Notes under the pieces: generated by a model
Databases searched by the model: none
Seen by the model: the letters and a program-made list of their open reading frames with translations, nothing else
What the model was told of the DNA's origin: nothing
Shown here: piece after piece, positions 46,527 through 60,126 of the stretch
Position numbering within the stretch: position 1 is the stretch's first letter
Layout of the letters: each line of letters starts with the position of its first letter
Position numbers and translations under genes: made by a program
NCBI GenBank assembly: GCA_032718475.1
Contig: JAUCBJ010004109.1
Location: 1 to 64,000, forward strand
Source: Nemertoderma westbladi
Taxonomy: Eukaryota > Animalia > Xenacoelomorpha
DNA length: 64,000 nt
Reading direction: 5' to 3'

Positions 46527-47660
46527 TCAAAACTTTCGAAGACTGGTGGTTTCGGTAACTTCGTTATCTGTTTGAACTTCTTCATTAATAATACTCCTAT
46601 TAACAGTTTCGTTTCTTTCAGCGCAACGAGACCGGCAACAACACATTCGTTTCATTAGGCTGCACGATTTAATATGCCACGAATTCGGCAAAACCAACAA
46701 AACAAAACTAAATATTATCAAAACCGATCCGCCAGCTTTTAGCGCCCCGAAATAAACGCTTCTAAATATAGCGTCAATGGCAGCGTTGATAGGTATTCCA
46801 GTTAGCATTCCTATCGTAATAAACAGCGGGTAGGTGTAAATAACACCAAAATTGACAAAGAAATTAAAAGCTAGACCGGTGGCTGACATACCCATCAGCA
46901 TCTCCCATGGAATATCACTCCATTCCCAATGTTCTGTTCCAGACATTTTTAGCGCCAACACCAAAGGAGAAAAAATAATCATATTAAATATACTGAGAAT
47001 AGAAATAAACAAAGCCACTTGATAAAGAGATGCATCGCCTATTATTTTCTTGAATAAAACATTGTATAGCGCTGACAGAAACGCAGCCAACAAAACCAAA
47101 GAGACAGAAAGGGCGGAAGGACCTTTAAATCCATCTTCTGACACAATAAGAACAACACCTCCGACAGAGAGAAGCACTGAACATAACTTTAAAACGAGAA
47201 CAGACTCTCCTAGAATTATCAGCGACAAGATGTAAACGAAAACGTTATTTACGGAAAATATTGCAGTAACGTCTGTTGCTGCTTTGGTTTCTAACGCTTT
47301 CATGTAAGTGACGTTGGCCACCAACCAGATCACACTGAACAGACCAACTTTGAAAAGGAAACTTTCAAAGGTTAACCCATTTACGGAAAACACAGTGGCG
47401 GCATCTCTGTACATATCGAATAGAGACAGATCTCGTCGTCGTTTGATTAGTCTTGGTACGCAGACGATCGGGAATAAAAAGCAACCCCAGTTGGTGGTGA
47501 ACCAAATCATAAATAAGGGGGCCTGGAAGTTTTTAGTCAATGTGGACTTCCCTATTTGGGTGTTGGTGGAAAAGGTAACGGCAATAAGAACCACGAGCAG
47601 TATTCCGTAGCACATCTTCTGCCTTGTTCTAACTTCAGGTTGAGGCGGCGGTGGTTCCAT
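46527..47660 (-). CDS. SLC35F3/F4-like drug/metabolite transporter (single coding exon)
   Basis: About 10 transmembrane segments; FQAPLFMIWFTTNW, ATDVTAIFSVNNVFVYILS and FNFFVNFGVIYTYPLFITIG match the SLC35F3/F4 family from memory. Confidence 0.85.
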   Translation of the reverse strand: MEPPPPQPEVRTRQKMCYGILLVVLIAVTFSTNTQIGKSTLTKNFQAPLFMIWFTTNWGCFLFPIVCVPRLIKRRRDLSLFDMYRDAATVFSVNGLTFESFLFKVGLFSVIWLVANVTYMKALETKAATDVTAIFSVNNVFVYILSLIILGESVLVLKLCSVLLSVGGVVLIVSEDGFKGPSALSVSLVLLAAFLSALYNVLFKKIIGDASLYQVALFISILSIFNMIIFSPLVLALKMSGTEHWEWSDIPWEMLMGMSATGLAFNFFVNFGVIYTYPLFITIGMLTGIPINAAIDAIFRSVYFGALKAGGSVLIIFSFVLLVLPNSWHIKSCSLMKRMCCCRSRCAERNETVNRSIINEEVQTDNEVTETTSLRKF

Positions 47661-48037
47661 CTTCTTATTTATTTTATAGCAAGTTTAATATTTAATAAAC
47701 GTAGTGGTACTGGTACATACTTATTATACTTTGAAGAAAGTCGATAAGTTACTTTACACCATGACAGTATGGTTGTACAAAACAAACCTACCGAAATAAA
47801 AGTGCTAGCTAACTACGAAACGCGCAAATTACCAAGATTTAATTGGTACAATAATGAGTAGTCCAGTATATTGAAACAGTGAACAGTACCGGTACCTGAT
47901 ACTGCTGACAGTTGGCTGAGAAAACAAATAAACGGACGTTTTCTTCCTAAACCAAGGAAGTATTTCAAATATCCCGCCTTTTGTAGGAATGCCTACTGCC
48001 CAATGGTTCGCTATTGGCTAAATTGATTAGTGATGGT

Positions 48038-49313
48038 TTGTTGTGGGGCGAGCCACGAAGTTGGCGGAGCCTTAGCGAATTGACACTGTTAGGGGGTGGG
48101 TCAATTTATGCAAATAGTTGTCGTCGTCGTCGTCGTCGTCGTTGTCGTCGTCGTCGTTGTCGTCGTCGTCGTTGTCGTCGTCGTTACGATTTTGACATGC
48201 TAATAACTTTGTCGGATTTAAAGCTGCCAAGTTGAAAATTTGTAGGTATCAATATAAGCAAAAGTTGAGATTTTTGAGAGACTTTCAGACACCATCAGTG
48301 CAATGGTCTCCCGCTAGAGGGCCACATGTCTAAACATTAAATGGCCACCCATTTCTTTGCTTTTAATCCGTTTAAGCTGAAACTTGGGAAGTATGTACTA
48401 GACCATTAGCTGTAAATTTCAAAGGAGGCTAATCTGTCTGCAGTTCTCCAGTCTGCCGCTAGAGGGCGAAATGTCCCGAATGTGAAATTATTCTTCCATT
48501 TAGTTGTTTATGATCTGATTACGCTGAAACTTGTCATATATGTACTAGATGACATCCTGAGTCTTTGTGTGGATTGTAATCGGTCCGAAGTTTTCCAGTC
48601 TCCCGCTAGAGGGCCACATGTCTAAACATTAAATGGCCACCCATTTCTTTGCTTTTAATCCGTTTAAGCTGAAACTTGGGAAGTATGTACTAGACCATTA
48701 GCTGTAAATTTCAAAGGAGGCTAATCTGTCTGCAGTTCTCCAGTCTGCCGCTAGAGGGCGAAATGTCCCGAATGTGAAATTATTCTTCCATTTAGTTGTT
48801 TATGATCTGATTACGCTGAAACTTGTCATATATGTACTAGAAGACATCCTAAGTCTTTGTGTGGACAGTAATCGGTCCGGAGTTTTCGAGTCTGCCGCTA
48901 GAGGGCGAAATGTAGGAAAGTGATAACCTTTGCGAATTCCTTGATCTTAATCTATTTAAGCTGAATTTTGGAATATACAGTACCGGTATGTACTAGACCA
49001 CATGCCTCGTCTTTGTGAGGAAGGTGATCGATCCGTAGTTCTTTAATATGCCGCTAGAGGGCTAAATGTATGAAAGTGAAAACCTTCCAACATTTCGTTA
49101 TTTATGATCCGTCAATCGGAAACTTGGTAGATATGTAATAGACCATAGGCTGTGGCTTTGTAGGGAAACTAATCCTTCCTTCTTCAGTTACCCAGTCTCC
49201 CGCTAGAGGGTTAACGTTTTCCGGGAAAATCTTCTCCTATGTTTTTATAATCCTTTCGAGTTGATACTTAGCATTAACTCATTTCACGTGCTGCGCGAAG
49301 GCCCCACTTCGTG
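48038..49313. mobile_element. Helentron/HINE-like non-autonomous element with (CGT)n microsatellite and ~146-bp internal tandem repeats
   Basis: Subterminal inverted motif GTGGGGC (48044) / GCCCCAC (49301); (CGT)n at 48118-48185; CCGCTAGAGGG-anchored units with a near-exact 292-bp dimer repeat (48307 vs 48599). Confidence 0.6.
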
Positions 49314-49322
49314 TATCTGAAT

Positions 49323-50173
49323 GGCTCTCATGGAAAATTCGAATAGGGTTATTGCGCAAAAATAATTGTTGGGCTAGAAACAATTAAATAAGGTGTTATG
49401 AATCGAGTGGTGGGGTGTGTTTTTTTGTAAAAACATGAAGAAACGGTCGAAATAGCGTGTTTAAGGAGGGGTGGGGGGTCAGCACACCCCAAAATGTAAC
49501 CTTACATTTTGGTTTCCCTGGTCCCTAAAATTGGGTGGAATTTATTTATTTATTTTTGAAACTACTAAACATCGTCTGGGTAGTTTAAGAATACAGTAGA
49601 CAAACAAAATATTTTTAAAATTGTCCCCCAAATGGCTCTATAATGGCCAAAAGTGCCTTTTTGCGCCAAAGGCTATTTCTCCATATTTCTTTAATATACT
49701 TCATGTAGAATGTGTACTTCATGCGTAGAATATATGTTCGGAAGACCCTTGCTTCCAATTCTTCTGAACGTTTTTAACTGAAAATTGTTTGGGGTCACTT
49801 TAGACCAAAATGGTCCAAAAAAGGGCTTTTATGGGCCATTTTGATGAAAAATTGCATTGCCAACCAAATTTGTTCACAAGAATTATGGACAAGGGTGTTC
49901 TGAACAAGTGCACCAAATTCCAACTCATTTCAGTTAATACTAGTCGGAGAAATAGCCCTTTTCATGAAAAACCGCCAATCTGAGATAAAGGTGTTTAGTT
50001 TAAGGACCAATTCAAACCGTCCCGCTTTTAGATAATTCTATTTTTCTTTGTGGAACAATATCTTTGTCAAAAATGAATGAAATTCAAGAAAATTTCTTGT
50101 TTGCCAAACATATACTGTATAACTAATAAAACAACTTTTTAGGAATTATATTTATATCTGTACCATGAGAGCC
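49323..50173. mobile_element. Possible MITE with 11-bp TIR
   Basis: GGCTCTCATGG ... CCATGAGAGCC; no clear TSD. Confidence 0.4.
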
Positions 50174-51527
50174 TTTTGATGAACAGGTTTTGAAAGTCTT
50201 TGGTTTGAAAAAGGTTGAAAGTTTAGAAAACTGATTGCAGATTTGAAATCTCCATTAAATTCGGCACTGTATAATAAAAAAAGTTTTTTGACAATTTACA
50301 AAATAGGCGGTTTGTTGTAGCAAAATAAGTAGAGAATTGTAAGATCCAGGCTGCCACTGAGGCCAGCAGACAGTGTTGACAGTAGGCCTATTACAATAAT
50401 TATCGTACCAAATTTCGCAGCACTATTAATAATAAATTAGTTAATAATAGTATTTTGTGTTGGAGACGACATAATAGTTCAAATGTCAGTAAATATAATA
50501 AAAAATCTATTATTATTTTAATTAAAATAATAATCATACACCAGGCTCAGGAATATTTTTATTTATTTTATATTAATATTAATTTTAGTTTTATTTCAGG
50601 TACACTAAGCCGTCTACTAATTTTCTAAAATGTTCTTAATAAAATTGCATGAAATTTGAAACAGAGATAATTTGTAAAATTTCTACTTTGAGTTCAAATA
50701 TTATGAAAAAAGTGAAGGTCTTCTCCGACTGCTGTAGTTACGGGCCTTACTGCCGTTGCACGGCAGATATTCTTCGAAATCTTCGTAATAATGTTGGTGC
50801 TGATGGTAAGATTGCCTTACTTTAATGATCCTAATGTGTAAATTAATATGAATTTTGTTGACAAATAGGAAATAGCCGAAATATAGAGGCCGTGGCGTGT
50901 GGAACTTATATGTTTTACTCAGGGCGATACTAGGGCGTATTTATAGGCCTAGGTAGTATTCAAAAAAAAAATATTCCGGAATAATATATCATTATTTTAT
51001 TCCAGAAAATTACAGCTTTATTTTAACTTATTTATTTTTAACAGACAGCGGACGAAATTCAATCTCCTCCAGGGGAAAATCGACGAAAATATCAGCTGTT
51101 TACTCTCAAAAATGAAATTGTTACCTGTTCTTATTGACTTTTGTTTATTGTTTTGGTTAGAAAAAGCGCCACTGGACTGTAACCTGATCCTTTACCTTAA
51201 CTGATTGTTTCACATTGAGACGATATATTAATTCGCCGAGTAGAACTCATCTCCATCTCAAGGTCAAAGGGATAAAAAGACTATATATTCCCATCTAATT
51301 AATAGTTATATTTTGTTCCAGGAAATTTTGTTCGTCAATTCTAAATAATAAAAGTTAGCTGATCCAAAATTCCATAGTGAAAGTGGAAACACTCAGAGAA
51401 CTGCAGCCAGAAATATAAGAAAAACAGGAAGAAAACATTATTAAATTTTTAATTTCTTTTTCATTTTTAATTTCGCAACTAGGAAATAATAATAATAATT
51501 ATAATATAAAGTCAATATTGTCAATTA

Positions 51528-52758
51528 CTAGGCGCCATTACTTAGCATAGCTATAATAGTCTGAAAGACTTCGGGGTTGTAGTTAACAGGTTGCGAGTCG
51601 CCATAGTTACAGCGTTCGTACAAGGCCTGGTCGGGGAGCCACCAGACCATATTGCGAACCCCGGTGTCGGTGGAATCCAGATCGAGGGAGTTCAACTGGA
51701 AGACGAGAAAGTGGAACAATCTACCGTCGGTGGCGATGGCCTGAGTGACCACGGGGAGGTCGGATGGGCGAGTTAGGGCGCGAGACAACGCCCCGGAGAA
51801 TGCGGCGAATAGCGCCCGGGCGAAGAGAATCGGGGTATCGGACCAGGGCGAGTTGGGGAAGCGGCGATGGAACGGGGCGACGAACTGGGTGTGCATCGCC
51901 GGGTTCTTATAACCCGAGGAGAAACCAGTGGATATCTCGTAGTTATCTGAGTAGTCGTAGACTCTGTGTAGATCTACCGTAGGGCTGGCGGGGTAGAAAC
52001 TCTCGAATCTACGAGATTCAGTAGAGAGAATCTCCCGAGAGTCCGATATTATTGGCGCTAACGGCTGCTCGCAGGTGAGAACTCTACCGAACTTCCCGAA
52101 GACTTCGATTAGTTTCCCCTCTCGTGTCCACCGCACACGAGTCCGCACTCCCTCAGCGCCGCCCCGTTTCCATAGTTCCGGCATCCACCTCCCCAGGGTG
52201 TCTGTGAGTCTGAGGATACTCGCGACAAGATTCCCGATCCATATATCTTCCGGGACGCGCTCCAACTGGTTGTCCGTCAGTTTTGCGTGGACTATAGCGT
52301 TACGTAGCATCGCGTCTTGTATTGGGACTTCATAACGGCCCCGTAACCCTTTAATGGATGCTGGAAGGTCGTAATCGACTATTATAGATTTGGTTAGATA
52401 TAGACCCTGTTTTGGTCCTTCCCACAGGATAGATCTACTGTCTCTGAATTGATACAAAGGTTCCGACCGAAGAGTTTTAACCTTCGGATTCTACAGGATA
52501 AACTCGGTGTTCGTCGTCCACAATCTCCAACTCAGGTTTGCCTTCTAGCACTCCCGATTCCAGAACTTCTTTCTCTAAGGTCGCCCGGTTGTCAATCATT
52601 CGCTTTACAACGAATTCGTAGTTTTTCTCCGGATCATTGTCTAGCAAACTCAAGCAGAACTTCCGATTTTGTTTGACTTTGTTTGGTATTAATAATGTTC
52701 TCGTTTTATGCATCGGATTAGAAATGGCGGCCCTTTTAGCTGCCAAATTCAGCGCCAT
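51528..52758 (-). CDS. MRPL37: Mitochondrial ribosomal protein mL37-like, split in two frames near 52490
   Basis: WEGPKQGLYLTKS, HTQF, and LPVVTQAIATDGRLFHFLVFQLNSLDLDSTDTGVRNMVW...YNPEVF resemble mL37. The N-terminal 93-aa ORF is one frame off. Confidence 0.8.
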
Positions 52759-53098
52759 CCTAACTGCCTAAAGATTTAATACCGAGGAACCCATGCAGCA
52801 ATGCTATGTCGAGAGTCGAGCTTGTTTATTTAGAAAAATGCGACTGAATGGGCCTACTACGACTACCCACATACGATGTGATGTGTACCTGTATGCGAAG
52901 CTGAACTGAAATAATAAAATTTGTGTTCAAAACAGCAAAATATCAAATTTCCCGCCGCTTTTTTGTCAATGTTAGATGGGTGTTTTATTTGACATGCGCG
53001 AAATCGCGCAAAGGTCCGCGTCTACTAACGCATAAACTGTCTCCTTGAACGGCGTACTACCATTCTTCTACCAAAATATTCACCACAAATTACAAAAT

Positions 53099-53160
53099 GG
53101 GATTGAACTCGGTACCTAGAGATTCCAAGTCCAACGCTCAACCAACTTCGCTACTGCGCC
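53099..53160 (-). pseudogene. tRNA-like SINE head or tRNA pseudogene
   Basis: Reverse complement GGCGCAGTAGCGAAGTTGGTTGAGCG...TTGGAAT...GAGTTCAATCC has A and B boxes; the stems are imperfect. Confidence 0.5.
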
Positions 53161-55045
53161 GTTAGAATCCCAAGTCCAATGATCTTCCAACTTCGCTATT
53201 ATTAATCCTTATAAAGCCCAACTGGAAATTCACAACAAAGACCAACAACGGAGTAAACTAGTGTAGAGGTCTCGTTACGCGGACCTAAAAAATGTAGGTC
53301 ACTATACTGTATCCTCTAGTACTTAGACTAAAGAACTATAGAGATACTGATCCCGATGTTAAAACTCATTCGGTACACCATGTCCTGGAACAGTGTCATA
53401 CAGTAATTCACCACCTAATTAATGCTCATATCCATATGGCCCATATTAAATACTGTATGAAACAAGGCCGAGAGCGTTCGGCACACTTTGTTATTTAGAT
53501 TGCAACAGTAAAACAAGAATGGGCCATTATGTCGAGTAACCAATTTCAGATATGAAATCCCCATTAAATTTAGGTTTTTCTTAAGTTTATGTGTCGTGTC
53601 ATCTACTCAGTGATGTAATATAAAATATGTAAACATTTGTGACATTATAATATTCTTGAATCATATTATATATAAAACATTACATGACTATAACACCACA
53701 TACATGCATACCGGCACCACAGTATAATATTATACAGTATCTGAGTGAGATATATTGTAGGCCTAGGCCTAGCCTAAACAATAATCCTTATATAACAGTT
53801 TTGAATCGATCAGATAAAACAACTATTTTTAGGCCCGCGTAGCATTGTTGGTGTTGTTGTTTGTTGGTAGCGTTGTTGGTGTTGTTGTTAATATCCAGTT
53901 GGGTTTTGGTTTTAAGATTTCATACGGCGCAGTACGTAGTGACAAAGTTGCACAGCTACGCTTACAGCTTCAAATACTTTCGTACAATATACTTTCATTT
54001 CGCGCGGTTATTCGAAAAGCAAAATGTATGTGCTACCATGCAAATGGCATTACTTTAAGTTGCAAACTAGACGTAGATACGCTAGTAGACTGAAACCAAC
54101 CTTTTAAATATTTTCAGTACCAAGACGTAAACGTTGAGAAAACATAAAGGATCATAATAATTATATCATGCGGCGGTCCACCCACACTCCAAAGTACCCA
54201 GCAGATTCTGTGGTATTGTTTAGTTTGTTGTTTTTATATAAATTTTGAGGAAATAAATAAATTCAATTCAATTCACTTTTCAGCGTTTTATGGTCCGGGT
54301 GTAATTACAGTAGCCTATGTGTTCTAGGAATATAATGAATTTGAGTTGACCTGTTAATGCAACTGTAATATGATGTAATAACGAACCTGTCTTGATGGCG
54401 TTCTAGTATATAATGGGTTAGTTCAGAAATGGTGAAAATTGATAGGATATAATAATATGCTACTTTATTTGTACTTTATTTACTTTATTTGTACTTTATA
54501 CTTCTATTTTACTTTACTTTATATGTACTTTATTTGTACTCTTTTTCACTTTATTTATTTGTACTGTTTATTTGTACTGATCAATAAGTGGATTAGATGA
54601 GAGAGTATGGAGTGTCAGGGGGAAGTGGCTGAACTGGTTTGTCCTACTGATGAGGCAACTTCTGAACAACTTATTACAATATCATTCATTAAAGTTGCAT
54701 TAAAAGCTCAACTACGATTAATTTATTTATTAATATCACCTGGCAGCAATACTCGAGCTGAATATTTATTTATTTCTACTTCCCTCCTGTTTCACTCTAA
54801 CTGAGGCTGAAATAGTTAGCGCTGCTGATGAGGCATACATATAGCGCTGGTTCAACCCCCGGTGAGATGCTTACTAATTTTTTCCAATTTTTCTGTACAA
54901 ACCATAATATTACATTATATATATTATACCGAGCCGAACGAGAGCAGCGAGAGAGGTTTACATAAATATAAAAGGGTCATAAACGCTAATTGGCCTTTTA
55001 TGATTTTATGAAATTTGGTTACTATGTCACTTATACTTAATAATA

Positions 55046-58000
55046 CTCTGGAGTCCCGAATAGACGGGGCGACACGGTTGTTAATTTTTGAAAAAAAATT
55101 CACCCACAATTATCTTATTCCAGACACCCCGACTATTATTTTTTTCTAAAAAAATTAGTACAATTTTTATCATGAGTAAATAAACGTTTGTTCTCATAAT
55201 AATTGAGAGTTGAAAGTTAAAGAAAACAAAAACCGTGTACCGAGTATACCACCGGTAGCCGTAGGTACTACTGTACTTGTACGCCTATCTATACTGTATG
55301 TTAGTAAGTATGTTAAATTTTCCACCCACTACTTTAATTCCAGCCACCCCGACTATTAGCATAATGAAATTTTTCAACCCACCCCGTTTATTCCACCCCC
55401 ACTCCGTTTATTCCACCCCCACCCCGTTTATTCCACCCCCACCCCGTTTATTCAACCCACCCCGTTTATTCCACCCCCACCCCGTTTATTCCACCCCCAC
55501 CCCGTTTATTCCACCCACCCCGTTTATTCCACCCACCCCGTTTATTCCACCCACCCCGTTTATTCCACCCACCCCGTTTATTCCACCCACCCCGTTTATT
55601 CCACCCACCCCGTTTATTCCACCCACCCCGTTTATTCCACCCACCCCGTTTATTCCACCCACCCCGTTTATTCCACCCACCCCGTTTATTCCACCCACCC
55701 CGTTTATTCCACCCACCCCGTTTATTCCACCCACGCCGTTTATTACACCCACCCCGTTTATTCCACCCCCACCCCGTTTATTCCACACACCCCGTACATT
55801 CCACCCACCGCGTTTATTCCACCCACCCCGTTTATTCCACCCCTACCCCGTTTATTCCACCCCCACCCCGTTTATTCCACCCACCCCGTTTATTCCACCC
55901 CCACCCCGTTTATTCCACTCACCCCGTTTATTCCACCCACCCCGTTTATTCCACCCCCACCCCGTTTATTCCACCCACCGCGTTTATTCCACCCACCCCG
56001 TTTATTCCACCCACCCCGTTTATTCCACCCACCCCGTTTATTCCACCCCCCACCCCGTTTATTCCACCCCCACCCCGTTTATTCCACCCCCACCCCGTTT
56101 ATTCCACCCACCCCGTTTATTCCACCCCCACCCCGTTTATTCCACTCACCCCGTTTATTCCACCCACCCCGTTTATTCCACCCCCACCCCGTTTATTCCA
56201 CCCACCCCGTTTATTCCACCCCCACCCCGTTTATTCCACCCACCCCGTTTATTCCACCCACCCCGTTTATTCCACCCCCATCCCGTTTATTCCACCCACC
56301 CCGTTTATTCCACCCACCCCGTTTATTCCACCCACCCCGTTTATTCCACCCACCCCGTTTATTCCACCCACCCCGTTTATTCCACCCACCACCCCGTTTA
56401 TTCCACCCACCCCGTTTATTCCACCCCCACCCCGTTTATTCCACCCACCCCGTTTATTCCACCGCCACCCTGTTTATTCCACCCACCCCGTTTATTCCAC
56501 CCACCCCGTTTATTCCACCCACCCCGTTTATTCCACCCACCCCGTTTATTCCACCCACCCCGTTTATTCCACCCCCCACCCCGTTTATTCCACCCACCCC
56601 GGTTATTCCACCCCCACCCCGTTTATTCCACCACCCACCCCGTTTATTCCACCCACCCCGTTTATTCCACCCACCCCGTTTATTCCACCCCCACCCCGTT
56701 TATTCCACCCACCCCGTTTATTCCACCCACCCCGTTTATTCCACCCCCACCCCGTTTATTCCACCCACCCCGTTTATTCCACCCACCCCGTTTATTCCAC
56801 CCCCCACCCCGTTTATTCCCCCCACCCCGTTTATTCCACCCACCCCGTTTATTCCACCCACCCCGTTTATTCCACCCCCCACCCCGTTTATTCCACCCAC
56901 CCCGTTTATTCCACCCCCACCCCGTTTATTCCACCCACCCCGTTTATTCCACCCACCCCGTTTATTCCACCCCCAACCCCGTTTATTCCACCCACCCCGT
57001 TTATTCCACACCCACCCCGTTTATTCCACCCACCCCGTTTATTCCACCCACCCCGTTTATTCCACCCACCCCGTTTATTCCACCCCCCACCCCGTTTATT
57101 CCACCCACCCCGTTTATTCCACCCCCCACCCCATTTATTCCACCCACCCCGTTTATTCCACCCACCCCGTTTATTCCACCCCCACCCCGTTTATTCCACC
57201 CACCCCGTTTATCCACCCACCCCGTTTATTCCACCCACCCCGTTTATTCCACCCACCCCGTTTATTCCACCCCCCACCCCGTTTATTCCACCCACCCTGT
57301 TTATTCCACCCACCCCGTTTATTCCACCCCCCACCCCGTTTATTCCACCCACCCCGTTTATTCCACCCCCACCCCGTTTATTCCACCCACGCCGTTTATT
57401 CCACCCCCGCCCCGTTTATTCCACCCCCACCCCGTTTATTCCACCCACGCCGTTTATTCCACCCACCCCGTTTATTCCACCCACCCCGTTTATTCCACCC
57501 ACCCCGTTTATTCCACCCACCCCGTTTATTCCACCCACCCCGTTTATTCCACCCACCCCGTTTATTCCACCCCCCACCCCGTTTATTCCACCCCCACCCC
57601 GTTTATTCCACCCCCACCCCGTTTATTCCACCCACCCCGTTTATTCCACACCCACCCCGTTTATTCCACCCCCAACCCGTTTATTCCACCCCCCACCCCG
57701 TTTATTCCACCCACCCCGTTTATTCCACCCCCCACCCCGTTTATTCCACCCACCCCGTTTATTCCACCCCCACCCCGTTTATTCCACCCCCACCCCGTTT
57801 ATTCCACCCCCACCCCGTTTATTCCACCCCCACCCCGTTTATTCCACCCACCCCGTTTATTCCACCCCCACCCCGTTTATTCCACCCCCACCCCGTTTAT
57901 TCCACCCACGCCGTTTATTCCACCCACCCCGTTTATTCCACCCACCCCGTTTATTCCACCCCCACCCCGTTTATTCCACCCACCCCGTTTATTCCACCCA

Positions 58001-58367
58001 CCCCGTTTATTCCACCCCCCACCCCGTTTATTCCACCCCCACCCCGTTTATTCCACCCCCAACCCGTTTATTCCACCCACCCCGTTTATTCCACCCACCC
58101 CGTTTATTCCACCCCGTTTATTCCACCCACCCCGTTTATTCCACCCCCCACCCCGTTTATTCCACCCCCACCCCGTTTATTCCACCCCCAACCCGTTTAT
58201 TCCACCCCCCACCCCGTTTATTCCACCCACCCCGTTTATTCCACCCCCCACCCCGTTTATTCCACCCACCCCGTTTATACCACCCACCCCGTTTATTCCA
58301 CCCCCACCCCGTTTATTCCACTCACCCCGTTTATTTAATTTAATTTAATTTACATTTAACTCCAGAG
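55046..58367. mobile_element. TA-flanked Tc1/mariner-type MITE carrying a large minisatellite
   Basis: TA|CTCTGGAGT...ACTCCAGAG|TA ends. The left subterminal AATAGACGGGG is approximately the inverse of the repeat core CCCCGTTTATT. Confidence 0.7.
55375..58335. repeat. ~3-kb 18-21-bp C-rich minisatellite
   Basis: Unit CCACCCCGTTTATTCCAC with variable C-run length. Confidence 0.97.
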
Positions 58368-60126
58368 TACTTACGTTACTTATCAGCGTTTTGAATTCTA
58401 AATTATTCGCTTAAATATTGAAAGGTTTAGGAATATAAATGAAATTCATAATTCATATCCCTTTTATGCCTTTAATTCCTGTTACTGTAACAACTCTATG
58501 GTAAATAATCCTACACTTAGCCTACAATGGCCATCATCAATGGATAATTAATACTCAAGACGTGTTCTAGATGTTTAGTGTTACAAGGTTAGCGAATACA
58601 TAGCAGCGTTACGACGCTATCACCACCAGACGGCTGATACAATGTATCTAAAATTTTATGATTTGTTCAGTGAAATATATAATTTTAGCATAACAACATG
58701 ACGCAAACATATTATATTAACTATAAATTAATTATGTGTAGGATTATTTAACTAGTGTAATAATTCTACTGAAATATATATGTAGAATGTAAATGGTGCA
58801 ACTAGGTTAGCTAATTGTTCAAGCAATCCAATCTGCTACTAACAGTTCCGCGGATACTATTTTATGTGCATTAGGGGCGGGACATAAATATCTGGTTGCA
58901 TCACGATTGTCTTAGTACAACGGATGCTAATAAAAAGTTATTAAAGAAATATTATAAATAATATGTAAAACCGAATACTATTTCATTAGATTAGCATTAG
59001 CATTGTGATTGTATGTATGTATGTATACTATAAAACTATATTTCATAACTAAACTAAAGAAAATTAAAGAATAAATATTGAGATTACCATTAACGCACTA
59101 TTAATACTTAGTACACAATGGCCGGTAATATCGTGTCCGTTTCGGAACGTTACGTACCTAGCAGTAGTTTATATTACAGTTCATGGTCTATATATTAGTA
59201 ATTGAAAAGATTACACAATTTTCGGTAGCACAATGAATAAATTCAAGTATTAATAGACTGCAGACAAACTAAAACTTAAAATCTAAAACTTACAATATAC
59301 CTGAAGGGGTTAACGTGAGACGGATGTATTATAGACATAAATACCGTAAAGTAGATAGTTAAAGTAAATAATATTAGTGAGAAAGTTTATAAATACATCG
59401 GTGGGGGGAAGAAATGGAATGAATGGTGAAAAATTGTCGTCAAAAGTTTTAAGACTTATTGTAAAGAAGTGGCCAATGTCCGGTATTCTTGTTATAAACT
59501 GTTAGAAGTTCTAAGGTCTAAGGTACCGGTATCACTTTATTAAAGGTTTCTAGTAAATAATTCAATAAATTAGAATAATGTAGCCGCTATTATTATAATG
59601 AATGCTTCACAAACTGAGTGAATATAAATGTGAGTAAAAGTTCTAAAACAATTGAAACATTTCTTTACGATAAAATTGTAACTATAAATTAGAAGGAACT
59701 TCAACTGTATGTGATTATCTTCTTATAGGGGGTGTTGCGCTAATGTTTGTACCGCACCGAGTAAATAATAATCATTCCAGATATTTGTTGACCAACACAA
59801 TTCGAAAGAAGGGATTTCTAGTTAAAAAAAAAAAGTTGGAAAAAATTAAAAAAATAATATTGAACTGTTTTTGTTTTGTTAGCAGAAAAATAATGAAAAA
59901 AATGTGAAAGGGAAGAAAAGTTATATACCTTTTCACCTCACTCGGCAGTAAAGAAAAGTCTCAAAGGTTGAAAAAATTATTTACTTTTTAAATTTTAACA
60001 GGTCTTGAATGGCGGCAGCTTTACCGTCCAATAGAAGACACCTATTCTTGTATTAACTATTTGAGATTATTTGGTCAGTTTACTGCAGTAATACTGTAAT
60101 ATAAAGTCATACAACCAGACTGCTGA

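Noticed and set aside
54640-54870. Two CTGATGAGGC motifs as hammerheads
   Set aside because: No stem II followed by GAAA; the context looks like a decayed tRNA-derived SINE.
55277-58348. 1023-aa Pro-rich ORF and antisense GGING ORFs
   Set aside because: Stop-free translation of a minisatellite; the peptide pattern shifts with unit length.
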